DNA of 64,000 nucleotides from Peptococcaceae bacterium (GTDB lineage: Bacteria; Bacillota; Peptococcia; DRI-13; UBA5745). The first letter of the stretch is position 1. Each line of letters opens with the position of its first letter. The translations under genes and the position numbers were made by a program. The stretch spans positions 23,670-87,669 of the forward strand of contig JAYFQF010000011.1 of NCBI GenBank assembly GCA_034927285.1. Reading direction: 5' to 3'. Shown piece after piece: positions 1 through 8,726 of the stretch. The notes below the pieces were generated by a model. The model saw nothing but the letters and a program-made list of their open reading frames with translations, was not told the DNA's origin and searched no databases.

Positions 1-20
1 GCCGCCAAATTTTCTTTCAT
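1..20 (-). CDS. 5' fragment of the next Tad-operon gene (MKENLA...), truncated by the window edge
   Basis: ATG at 20-18 preceded by AAGGAG-type RBS, directly after the TadC-like stop; only 6 codons visible. Confidence 0.5.
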
Positions 21-63
21 TTTCCTTCTCCTTTCTCTTTACCGTCTTTTCCCGGCCGGCCCA

Positions 64-978
64 TCAGGCGAAAAGCCCGCCGATCTGTTTCACGATTTCC
101 CAGCCCTTCAGCAAAAGCGATCCAACCGACAGGGCAAACAGAATCAGGTATAGCTGTTTTACCTTCTCCGGCCTGCCTTTGATCAGGGCTTCCGCCGCTT
201 CCTGACGCAAAGTCCGCAATTCTTCTCCGATATTGATCAGATAAACCTCGGCCTCCTCATAGCCGCTTTCCACCGCCAGAGATAAGGCGGAAGCCAGCCG
301 GTTTATGGCCGGCAGATCAAAAGAGGCGCTGAAGCTGGCCAGAGCCGCCCGGGAGCCCCGGGTCCGGATATCCTCCGTCAGGCCCTTCAGCGCCTGGCCC
401 ATGGCCTGGCCCGCACCGGCTGCCGCCTCCTCCAATGACGAAAGGTAATCTCTGCCGCCGGCAAAGCAAATCCGCAGGCGATCCACCACTTCCGGCACTT
501 CCCGGATTAAAAGCTGCTGCCATTGCCGGTAGCGCCGGTCCAGAGCCGTCAACTGCCGGCGGAATAAAACCGCCGTAAATATCGGATAACAAAACACCGT
601 CCACCCTCTGTCCAGCAAAACGGGCAGAGTCAGGGCCGGCAAGGCCCCGGCGGCGCAGCGGATCAGTTTCTCAGTCAGGTAGCGGCGGCTGTCTTCCGGC
701 AGCCCCATCAGTTCCAGACGGCGGTCCAGCTTCTGCCAATCGTCTTTTTGCAGATTTATCAGCCTGGCTCCTGCTTCCAGACAGTCCATGGCCCGTCGCA
801 GGCCCCGGCTGTCCAGATCCGTCAGGGTTTCTTCCTGCCCTTCCCTATCGCTTAAGGCCGCATAACCGGCCCAACGATAAGGTTCTCTTCTTTTGCGCCG
901 CTCTTTTTGCGCCAGCCAAAGCAGACCGGTAAACCAGAGGGCCCAGAAAAAGGAGATAAAAAACGATATCCCTTCCAT
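64..978 (-). CDS. TadC-like / type II secretion F-family pilus assembly membrane protein
   Basis: 304 aa, N-terminal, central and C-terminal TM segments, T2SSF-like helical region; follows TadA and TadB-like genes. Confidence 0.75.
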   Translation of the reverse strand: MEGISFFISFFWALWFTGLLWLAQKERRKRREPYRWAGYAALSDREGQEETLTDLDSRGLRRAMDCLEAGARLINLQKDDWQKLDRRLELMGLPEDSRRYLTEKLIRCAAGALPALTLPVLLDRGWTVFCYPIFTAVLFRRQLTALDRRYRQWQQLLIREVPEVVDRLRICFAGGRDYLSSLEEAAAGAGQAMGQALKGLTEDIRTRGSRAALASFSASFDLPAINRLASALSLAVESGYEEAEVYLINIGEELRTLRQEAAEALIKGRPEKVKQLYLILFALSVGSLLLKGWEIVKQIGGLFA

Positions 979-1856
979 TACAATTCCTCCACATTCAGGG
1001 AAATGTAGCTCTGTCCCTTGATCAGCACATAAAGGCTGCCGGACAGATAAGCCGCCATCAGGGCTTGTCCCGGCAAGGTGGAAAAAAATACATTTTTCCC
1101 TTCTCCTGTAGAAAAAAACGATAAGATCAGCGGAAAACTCCAGGCGGTGGCAAGTGCCAGATAAAGCTGACGCTTGCGGGCCGCGGCTTTTTGAGCGGCC
1201 AGCCGTACAGCCTGTAAATCCTGTTCCAAAGCGCCTACCGCCGTATCCAGGGCTTTTACCGCCTGGGGTGACCAGCCCTCTTTCTGAGCCTGCAGCATAG
1301 TCCGGACCACGCTGTCAAATTTCCGCAGGCCCATACGTTCCTGCCAAAGTTCCAAGGCCTCCTCCAGGCCCGAGCCCAGCCGCAGTTCTTCCAGGACCCG
1401 GCCCAAAACAGGCGCCAGCCGGTGGCCGGGCTGGACTGCCAGCTGCACCTCCATTGCCCGGATCAGGCTGCCCTGATCCGGCAGGCGGGCCACTAACTGA
1501 CGCAGGCAGTCCGCCAAGGCGGCTAAATCCTCAAGACGCTTCCGGCCGCGCCTTCGGCTGATCAAAAGTCCCGGTAAAAAAGCGGCCAAAAACCAGCCAA
1601 AAACCAGCAAAAGCAGATTTCCGGTAGCCAGGTATAACCCGGCGGCGGTGACCAGGCTTACTGCCCAGACTGCCAGGGTCTCTCTGCTGCTCCAGGCCAC
1701 GCCGTAACCGGCAGCCTTTTCCTGCAGCAACCGGTTCTGCCGTCGCCAATATCCGCCGACGGCTTTTCGTTCCCGGCGCCCTTCCGTCAGCATTAAAACG
1801 GCAGCGCAGACTGTCCACAAGGTAAACAGGGCGGCGGTGAGAAAAGAAATCAGCAT
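978..1856 (-). CDS. TadB-like / type II secretion F-family pilus assembly membrane protein
   Basis: start re-called to ATG 1856 with GGAGGAAGGAG RBS; TM segments, 'VLEELRLGSGLEEAL' T2SSF signature; overlaps TadA stop. Confidence 0.8.
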   Translation of the reverse strand: MLISFLTAALFTLWTVCAAVLMLTEGRRERKAVGGYWRRQNRLLQEKAAGYGVAWSSRETLAVWAVSLVTAAGLYLATGNLLLLVFGWFLAAFLPGLLISRRRGRKRLEDLAALADCLRQLVARLPDQGSLIRAMEVQLAVQPGHRLAPVLGRVLEELRLGSGLEEALELWQERMGLRKFDSVVRTMLQAQKEGWSPQAVKALDTAVGALEQDLQAVRLAAQKAAARKRQLYLALATAWSFPLILSFFSTGEGKNVFFSTLPGQALMAAYLSGSLYVLIKGQSYISLNVEEL

Positions 1857-3475
1857 ACTCCTTCCTCCCGTTCTCCTGCCCTCCATGGCTTTACCGGGAT
1901 ATCCGGCAGCAAACCTTTCCATGGCTCTGCCGCCTCACCCGTTCCTTCCATCGTAGCGCCGGCATTTTCCCGGTCTTGCCAGTGTCTTACCTGGTCCGGG
2001 TCTGCCAGACCGCCCAGCAGCTTCTCCGCCAGCTCCCCGGAGATACCGCCGCAGCGCCGGTGGCTTCCCGTCACTTCACCGGCGGCGTCCACTCCTTCCT
2101 GCCGAAACCGGAATATGGACCGGCACAGGGGCTTTTTCGCCTCCTCATAGCCGATCAGCTCCGCCACCTCGGTAATGATCCTGCGCCTTCCCAGCTTTTG
2201 CTGAAAAATGATCAGGTCCACGGTGGCTGCCAGCTGAGCCGCCACAATCTCATCATTATAGCCGTCTCCCGCCAATTGGACGATTCTTGTGGCCGCGTTG
2301 GCCGCCGAGCTGGCATGTATCGTAAAATAGGTACTATGCCCGGTGTTCATGCTTTCGTGGGCCTGACGACAGGATTGGGCGTCCCGCACCTCGCCGATAA
2401 TCACTTTTACCGGCCGCATTCTGAGGGATACCTTAGTCAGCCGGGCGATATCGAAACGTTTTTCCTGGTTTTCATGATCCTTGGCCTGCAAAGCCACGAT
2501 GTTGTGGTACTCCCGGTAGCCGCTGCGCCGCCGGAGCATCAGCTCCGGGGAATCTTCTATGGTAATGATCCTGGTATCCTTATCAAAATACAAGGGCATG
2601 GCCATCAGCGTGGTGGTTTTGCCTGAATTGGTGGCGCCGGCGATAATACAGTTGCAATAAGGCAGTACCTGCCGAAAAAACGCATCCATTTCGCCGCTGA
2701 TAGTTCCCATCGCCATTAAATCTTCGGGTGTTACCGCCTTCTCGGAAAACTTCCGGATGGAAGCGCAAGTCCCTTCTGCCGCCAGCCCTCCCCTGTCTGT
2801 TCCCAAAACGGCGCAGATCCGGTATTTTTCAAAAAGGCTGTCGATGTGAGGCTCATTGGCGGTCAGCACCTTTCCTCCGGCCATCAGCATTTTGTTCAGC
2901 ATCACTTCCAGATGCGCCTCGCTTTCAAACCCCAATTCCGGATGGTATTCCTCCCGGCCGTTTTTCTCCAGATAGACGTCCCTGTAGGTGTTTATATCAA
3001 TATTGGTCACCTGGGAATCGTCCAGGGCCGGCTGGATAGGGCCATAAAACAGCAATTCTTCCTGAAGTCTCCGGGTCAGCTCCCCCGGGGAGAATTCAGG
3101 CAGTCGCAGCCCTTCTGACGCAACGATCCTGGCAATACAATCCTTAAGTTTTTCCCGGCTGACCGCGTCAATCAGGGCCAAAGCCAGCCGGCTGCCTTCC
3201 TCCTGGCGCAGCCGCTCCCGAACCTGACGGGCCAAAAGGCGGAAAGCCTCACCGCCGGCGGGAGAAAACCCGGCCTTGTTTTGCCATGCCGGCGGTCCCC
3301 AGACAGGAATGCCGTTTTCATCTTCTCCTCCTGCCGGCATACCGTTTTTATCTTTCCCGTCTGAGAGCATGCCGGGGAAATGCCCTCTGCTTTGCTCTGT
3401 CTCCCGGTTCTTTTGCCGCAGTTGCCGCTCCTCTTCCTGAAAAAAATAGAGCAGCGGGTCAAAGGTTCCTTTCAT
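1850..3475 (-). CDS. cpaF: CpaF/TadA family pilus assembly ATPase
   Basis: Walker A GATNSGKTT, 'ITIEDSPEL', 'LRMRPVKVIIGEVRD', 'MNTGH...TIHA', 'YGPIQPALDD'. Confidence 0.93.
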   Translation of the reverse strand: MKGTFDPLLYFFQEEERQLRQKNRETEQSRGHFPGMLSDGKDKNGMPAGGEDENGIPVWGPPAWQNKAGFSPAGGEAFRLLARQVRERLRQEEGSRLALALIDAVSREKLKDCIARIVASEGLRLPEFSPGELTRRLQEELLFYGPIQPALDDSQVTNIDINTYRDVYLEKNGREEYHPELGFESEAHLEVMLNKMLMAGGKVLTANEPHIDSLFEKYRICAVLGTDRGGLAAEGTCASIRKFSEKAVTPEDLMAMGTISGEMDAFFRQVLPYCNCIIAGATNSGKTTTLMAMPLYFDKDTRIITIEDSPELMLRRRSGYREYHNIVALQAKDHENQEKRFDIARLTKVSLRMRPVKVIIGEVRDAQSCRQAHESMNTGHSTYFTIHASSAANAATRIVQLAGDGYNDEIVAAQLAATVDLIIFQQKLGRRRIITEVAELIGYEEAKKPLCRSIFRFRQEGVDAAGEVTGSHRRCGGISGELAEKLLGGLADPDQVRHWQDRENAGATMEGTGEAAEPWKGLLPDIPVKPWRAGEREEGVC

Positions 3476-3484
3476 TTCCTTGGC

Positions 3485-4369
3485 CTACAGCCGGACAGAG
3501 CAGCCCGCCACAGCCCTCGGGCGCCAAAAATCCCCTTCTTCCATCGGTTCCGTTCCCGGGTCTGCGGAATTTTCCAGGTCCCGGTCGCCATCGTGAAAAC
3601 CGCCGGACAGGTCCGTCCGGCAGAGAGCTTGCCTATCCCCTTCTTCAGAAATCTCAAGGTCCGCCGTCTTCTCCTCTTGCCGGGCCGTTCCAGACCAGTC
3701 CAGAGCAGCCGCCAGTTTCCTTATCTCCCAAGGCAAGGGCCTGACGCCGGATAATAGGCTCCCTTTTTTCTTTTTGCTCTGCAGCAGAGATTCCACCGGT
3801 TTCAGTTCCCCGGAAACCGCCAGAATGAATTGGTCGGCTGAATAGCCGTAGATCTTTACCAGCCGGCGCAGCGCCGCCAGGATATACGCCAGGTCTGCCG
3901 GCTCTTCCACGGGAATGATGATCTGATCCGAGATTTTCAGGGCAAAAAAGGTCATGGGACTGGTCAGCTGGCCTTGACAATCAAAAATCAGTTTGTCCAT
4001 ACCGTTTTTTTCCGCCAGGGCCTCTATTGCACCGGCAAAAGCGATCAGCGTTTCCATATTCACCCGGGAAGTAGCCGGGCAATCCGGTATGGCGTAAACG
4101 CTGGCCGGCAGCACCCAAAGTCCCGGCCTGCTCTCATTGACCAGCTGCCAGCTCAGCTCCTCTTCCCGGTCCAAAGTCAGAATGGCGGTTTCCGTATTCC
4201 TTATCCGGTCCATATGTTCCGATATGAAGCCCAGCCTCGGCAATCCCAGGCAGGGCAGCTCACAGAGCAGGGTCCTGCTTTCCTCAGCAATCCTGCAAGC
4301 CAGGGAAAAGCTCAGTTCGGATACGTTGCCGCCGGTACAGGACCAAACGGATAAAGTCTTTATTTTCAT
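3485..4369 (-). CDS. MinD/ParA/CpaE-like protein with degenerate P-loop
   Basis: 'SVWSCTGG...LA...TLLCEL', 'LIFDC', 'SDQIIIPVE' follow MinD/CpaE topology but no GKT; upstream of cpaF. Confidence 0.65.
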   Translation of the reverse strand: MKIKTLSVWSCTGGNVSELSFSLACRIAEESRTLLCELPCLGLPRLGFISEHMDRIRNTETAILTLDREEELSWQLVNESRPGLWVLPASVYAIPDCPATSRVNMETLIAFAGAIEALAEKNGMDKLIFDCQGQLTSPMTFFALKISDQIIIPVEEPADLAYILAALRRLVKIYGYSADQFILAVSGELKPVESLLQSKKKKGSLLSGVRPLPWEIRKLAAALDWSGTARQEEKTADLEISEEGDRQALCRTDLSGGFHDGDRDLENSADPGTEPMEEGDFWRPRAVAGCSVRL

Positions 4370-4401
4370 TGAAAATCTCCTTTCTTTTGCCGCCCCAATC
4401 T

Positions 4402-6132
4402 CTATCCCGTAAAGAAACGATAAAGCTCGGCGGCCAGCTCTGCCGTGGTTGCGGAGCAGCGGCCCGGCTTCCGGCGAAAAGCGGTGAGCCGGATAAACTC
4501 TTCAATCACCGCCTTGGGTACTGTCAACCAGTGAAGGTCTTTACCTGCCAGTTCCCTGTCGGCGGATTCTTTCCCCTCTTCCCCCAACAAAAACAGGCCG
4601 TTTTCCTGCCAGCGTCTGTGCAGTCCGATCATACGGTTAAAGCTGCCGGGCCAGGGCTGAGCGGCAAAAACCAGCCGCCAGCCCGGCGGCTTTATTCCTT
4701 CCGGGCTGAAAGTCCCGGGACCAAAACCAATACAAAAAATACAGGGGAAGGCTTTTTCTAACAAAGCCCACTGGAGCCATGCGGAAAAAAATCTTTCCCA
4801 GCAGCGGTCCGTCTCCTGCGGCGGCGTATGGTCATCGGGCAAAAACCAGAGCGAGCCGGGATAAGCGGCCGCGGGCTGCGGAGGATCAAAGCTTTGAGGG
4901 TCTTGGGCATAAACCGGCCCGTTAAAACAATAATCCGCAAAGTCGATTTCTTTCCCTGAAGCAAAATCCTTCAGCAACCGGTGCAGATTTCGGCGGGGAT
5001 GGCGCAGCCCCAGCGCCGTAGCCAATCGGGAGCCCGATCCCGGCAACTCCAAAACTAAGACGGGAATCCCCCGGCGGGAAAGCTCAAAAGCGCTGAGGAT
5101 AGCCGCCGCATAGATCAGCAGGCTGTCATCCTCCGAGTAAAACAGCACGGTAGCCGCCGGCCGGAATCCGTCGGAAAAAGCCAAACCGGCAAAAGCCTTT
5201 TCTTCTGAAGCGATACCGCTTTCCCGCTCCTCTGAAACAATGCCGTTTTCCCTCTCCTCTGAAGAAATGCCGTTTTCCTGCTTTCCGGAAAGGAAAAACC
5301 TCAGGAAGTTTTTTCTTTGCCCTTCTGCCTTGAAAAATCCCTCTTTGCCCGTTTTTCTTCCTGTGGGGGTTAACTCCTGATTGAAAGCCGGGGCTGCTTC
5401 TACCTGGGACGCTCCTTTCGTGTCCTCCCGGGAAGACTCTGCTCCTTCCAAGGGCGGCGTTTTACCGTCAAAGCCTGTCTTATGACAGGAAGCTCCTTTT
5501 ATTCTCCAGGCCTTTCCCTGGGGCTTAACCACTCCTTTCAGCCTGATCCGTCCTTCCATTTCCGTAAGCCAGCGCCGTCCGCGATTCAGCCAACTCTCCG
5601 TGTCCTTCTCTGCCTGCTCCGGTAAAGGCAAAGTGGCCAGATAGGCCTCCAACTCCCGGAAGCTGCGACTCTCTGTCAGAATCCTCGCCAGGCTTACCTC
5701 ATCCAGAAAATCCGTAAACCAGAAATCATAAAATCCTTGACCCATCAGTTCAATCAAAAGCTCAGGATCCCGGTTTTTCTCCGTGGGCAGCAAAAGCTTA
5801 ATTTTTGCTTGGCCCGCAGCCTGGCGCAGTTCCGACAGCTGTTCCAGCAGCAGCCTTTCCGGCTCTTTTTTCCAGAGAGGACAGCGGCGATAGAAGTTCA
5901 GACAATTCACCAGTAAAATTTCCGGTTTTTCTTCAACCTCCGAGGCTGCTTCCTCTCCTCTTTCCGCAGCGTGACGAAAGCTGTCGGCGGCCTGACGGAA
6001 ACTATCGGTGGCTTCGCAGATGTCCTGCCAGACCGTACCTTGGGTATATTCCTGGGGCAGAGTCAAAGCAGCCGCCGTATCGGGAGAAAAAAACACCAAA
6101 TTCACCCTTCTCTTTCCACCAATCCTTTTCAT
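4402..6132 (-). CDS. CpaE/TadZ-like protein: receiver-like N-terminus, linker, degenerate MinD-like C-terminus
   Basis: RBS AGGGAGG; 'ELLIELMGQGFYDF' receiver-like segment; 'VLVLELPGSGSRLATALG'; first gene of Tad operon. Confidence 0.55.
   Translation of the reverse strand: MKRIGGKRRVNLVFFSPDTAAALTLPQEYTQGTVWQDICEATDSFRQAADSFRHAAERGEEAASEVEEKPEILLVNCLNFYRRCPLWKKEPERLLLEQLSELRQAAGQAKIKLLLPTEKNRDPELLIELMGQGFYDFWFTDFLDEVSLARILTESRSFRELEAYLATLPLPEQAEKDTESWLNRGRRWLTEMEGRIRLKGVVKPQGKAWRIKGASCHKTGFDGKTPPLEGAESSREDTKGASQVEAAPAFNQELTPTGRKTGKEGFFKAEGQRKNFLRFFLSGKQENGISSEERENGIVSEERESGIASEEKAFAGLAFSDGFRPAATVLFYSEDDSLLIYAAAILSAFELSRRGIPVLVLELPGSGSRLATALGLRHPRRNLHRLLKDFASGKEIDFADYCFNGPVYAQDPQSFDPPQPAAAYPGSLWFLPDDHTPPQETDRCWERFFSAWLQWALLEKAFPCIFCIGFGPGTFSPEGIKPPGWRLVFAAQPWPGSFNRMIGLHRRWQENGLFLLGEEGKESADRELAGKDLHWLTVPKAVIEEFIRLTAFRRKPGRCSATTAELAAELYRFFTG
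5201..5281. repeat. 3 x 27-bp in-frame tandem repeat
   Basis: tcttctgaagcgataccgctttcccgc / tcctctgaaacaatgccgttttccctc / tcctctgaagaaatgccgttttcctgc, encoding E[NS]GI[SVA]SEE[RK]. Confidence 0.85.
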
Positions 6133-6168
6133 CCTCCCTTCTTTGACATTTTCTTGCTTTTTAAGATA

Positions 6169-6196
6169 AGTCTACCATATTTTTCCATATAGTCAA
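6169..6196 (-). promoter_or_regulatory. Putative sigma-A promoter of the Tad operon
   Basis: TTGACT-16 nt-TAGACT with TG extension, about 37 nt upstream of ATG 6132. Confidence 0.55.
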
Positions 6197-6271
6197 CCAT
6201 TAATTTCAAACATTTTCCATTTTTGATGTTTTTCAGGAAAAATGAGTAATTGATCAGAGTCAGTAAGTAAT

Positions 6272-6307
6272 AAAAAAACACCAAACCGGATTTTCATCCG
6301 GATTTGG
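6272..6307 (-). terminator. Intrinsic terminator-like hairpin
   Basis: ccaaatccgga/tccggtttgg stem followed by T7 on the minus strand. Confidence 0.55.
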
Positions 6308-6414
6308 CATTTTGAGTCTTATCGTTTAATTGGGGTGCTTTTGCCCCATGACAAGCGAGACGGCCAGGCCGCGCTGTCCAGTTCATCAGTTCAATAAGAT
6401 CTGGAGCAAAACAA

Positions 6415-6470
6415 TATAAAAAAACAGGGTATTGTATCTAAAGTAAGGTACAATACCCTGTTTTTTTATA
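6415..6470. terminator. Perfect 22-bp inverted repeat, terminator-like
   Basis: tataaaaaaacagggtattgta-N12-tacaataccctgtttttttata, downstream of the methyltransferase gene. Confidence 0.75.
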
Positions 6471-6553
6471 GAACTCTTTTAGTCGGCCATACTTGATGAG
6501 CGCCAGGCGCCAAGCAGGTCCCGTCACTTTTTTCGCGGCTGCTCTTTTTTGCC

Positions 6554-7699
6554 TTACTGCAGCCTCGGCGGCCTGGGCCCATGGAACTGAAACAGCCGGC
6601 ATTCTAAAAAGCCGTTAAAAAGCTTGGTGTTCTTTGTAGCCTGACCGCCGAATGCTTCCTCAAAGCCTTGATGAGAAGTCAAAATGTAAAAGGACCAGGT
6701 ATCCAGGGAAGCAAAGACCTGGCCCATCAGCCGGTAAAGCTCCGCCGCTTCCTTTTCCTGTCCCAGCCGCTGGCCATAAGGCGGATTGGTGATAATGGCT
6801 CCATATTTTCGGGAACTCTTAAAATCAGCCACATCCCGCCGCTGAAAGTGAATTTTTCCCTCTACCCCGGCCAGCTTGGCATGATAGCGGGCCAGGGACA
6901 GTACTTTTTCGTCAATATCGTAGCCTTCGATCCGAAGGTCGGGCTGAGGCAGGACCAGCGCTGCCGCTTCCTCCCGGGCCGCCTTCCACAAAGCCGCCGA
7001 AATTTGCGGCCAGGCTTGGCAGGCAAAACTCCGGTTGAGACCCGGCGCAATATTCATGGCCTTCAGGGCGGCTTCAATAGGGATGGTCCCCGAACCGCAG
7101 AAAGGATCCGCCAAAGGCTGATTGGGGCGCCAATTGCTCAAGGTCAACAGCACCGAAGCCAGAGTTTCTTTCAGCGGAGCCGTGGATCCCAGCTTTCGCC
7201 AGCCCCTTTTATGCAGCCCTTCACCGCTGCTGTCGATAACTACCGTGACGATATCATTGGTGATTTTAAAATCCACCGGATATACCGGCCCGGTTTCCGC
7301 AAACCAGGATACCGCGGGATATTTTCGGCGCAACCGTTCCACGATAGCCTTTTTTATGATGGATTGGCAGTCCGGAACGCTATGCAGCGTAGATTTGACA
7401 CATTTTCCATTGACCGGAAATGCCGCGTCGGCAGTAAGCCAATTTTCCCAGGGCAGCGCGGTTACGCCTTGAAATAACTCTTCAAAGGTAGCTGCCGGAA
7501 AGCTGCCGGCTTCAATTACGACCCGTTCTCCCTGGCGTACCCAAAGGTTCAGCCGGACAATATCGGCCGGGCCGCCCGAAAGCGATACTCCGCCTTTTCC
7601 CACAGTCAGCCCTTCCGTATACCCCAGACGGTTCAGTTCCCGCCGTAAAAGCCCCTCTACTCCAAAAGCCGAGGTCACGGTTATTTTTATGTCTTTCAT
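6554..7699 (-). CDS. THUMP-domain class I SAM RNA methyltransferase (RlmL/YpsC family)
   Basis: 'LHKRGWR...APLKETLA', 'DPFCGSGTIPIEAA', 'ITNPPYG'. Confidence 0.92.
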   Translation of the reverse strand: MKDIKITVTSAFGVEGLLRRELNRLGYTEGLTVGKGGVSLSGGPADIVRLNLWVRQGERVVIEAGSFPAATFEELFQGVTALPWENWLTADAAFPVNGKCVKSTLHSVPDCQSIIKKAIVERLRRKYPAVSWFAETGPVYPVDFKITNDIVTVVIDSSGEGLHKRGWRKLGSTAPLKETLASVLLTLSNWRPNQPLADPFCGSGTIPIEAALKAMNIAPGLNRSFACQAWPQISAALWKAAREEAAALVLPQPDLRIEGYDIDEKVLSLARYHAKLAGVEGKIHFQRRDVADFKSSRKYGAIITNPPYGQRLGQEKEAAELYRLMGQVFASLDTWSFYILTSHQGFEEAFGGQATKNTKLFNGFLECRLFQFHGPRPPRLQ

Positions 7700-8137
7700 C
7701 GGTTTTCTCCCATCCTGTCATTTTCCATCCGTTTCATTGGTCTATTATATCATGAATCCGCCATAGCACCATAATCCGCCAACTGCGGCTCCAATCCCTG
7801 CCCGGCTGGGAATGAGATCCCCGGCCCGGAACGAGATCTTTGACCCGCAAACGAGGTCCTTGGGCCGGAAACGGGGCCCACGGCCGGAAGCGATACACTC
7901 AGCCTAAGGGAAAACAGACAAACCAGGCAATCCAATTGCTGAGCAGCTATGTTTTCAGCAAAAATCCCACTTTTATTCTCGATTTGCTGAAATGATGCAG
8001 GAAGAATTATCAATAACAGACAGAAGATAAAATCAAGCGATAATTAATACTGATAAGTCAAAAGGCAGATACGCCAAATACTTATCCCTGATAAACCTCG
8101 AACCGGAATCACAGTTGGCCACGTGCGAAAAAACAAG

Positions 8138-8181
8138 AAAAAACAGCGTTCCAACATCCGGGAATGAAGGAAGCGCTGTTT
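8138..8181 (-). terminator. Intrinsic terminator after GNAT gene
   Basis: aaacagcg.ttcc ... ggaa.cgctgttt stem with T-run, right after the stop at 8190. Confidence 0.55.
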
Positions 8182-8189
8182 GCTGTTTA

Positions 8190-8624
8190 TCATAATTTCT
8201 TTTTATATCCCGCGTTTTCGGAAGAAAAGCCCATGGAGGAGTAGAAAGCACAGGCGTCATGGCGCAGCTTTTCCGTCACTAAGATGATCTGGCTGCAGCC
8301 GGCGGAAGCCGCTCGGTTTTCCAGTTCACGGTACAGCAGCTTGCCGACGCCCTTCCTTCTTGCTTCCTCAGCCACAATCATGTTTTCCAGCACCATGAAG
8401 GGCTTGCAGTCGCCGTACAGTTCGTAGCAGATAACCCCCATGACTGAGCCCGCCAATCGATTTTTCTCCTGATAACCCAGCAGGATATAGGAGGAATTAA
8501 GGGCCAGCTCCTGAAATTTGGCCTTCATTTTCTCCAGATCCGACTCCTCGTTCCAAAACAGTCGATAGAGCCGGGCCAGTTGCGGCAGGTCGGAGGGCTT
8601 CAATTCTCTGATCATCTTCTCCAC
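8190..8624 (-). CDS. GNAT family N-acetyltransferase
   Basis: 'ENMIVAEEARRKGVGKLL' acetyl-CoA motif, 'ACAFYSSMGF'. Confidence 0.88.
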   Translation of the reverse strand: MEKMIRELKPSDLPQLARLYRLFWNEESDLEKMKAKFQELALNSSYILLGYQEKNRLAGSVMGVICYELYGDCKPFMVLENMIVAEEARRKGVGKLLYRELENRAASAGCSQIILVTEKLRHDACAFYSSMGFSSENAGYKKKL

Positions 8625-8726
8625 CCCACTATTATTGGATTATTCATCTGCTCCAGCGTCATCAGCCAACCGCTTCCTCCCCGGCAAGGTTCAGTAAAGA
8701 GCCGGGCGATAAAGCGGGCAAACAGG

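Noticed and set aside
6200-6250. CodY-like box upstream of the Tad promoter
   Set aside because: Several mismatches in AT-rich DNA; not distinguishable from chance by eye.
7801-7890. Possible CRISPR array
   Set aside because: Units are adjacent and degenerate with no unique spacers; no cas genes in the window.
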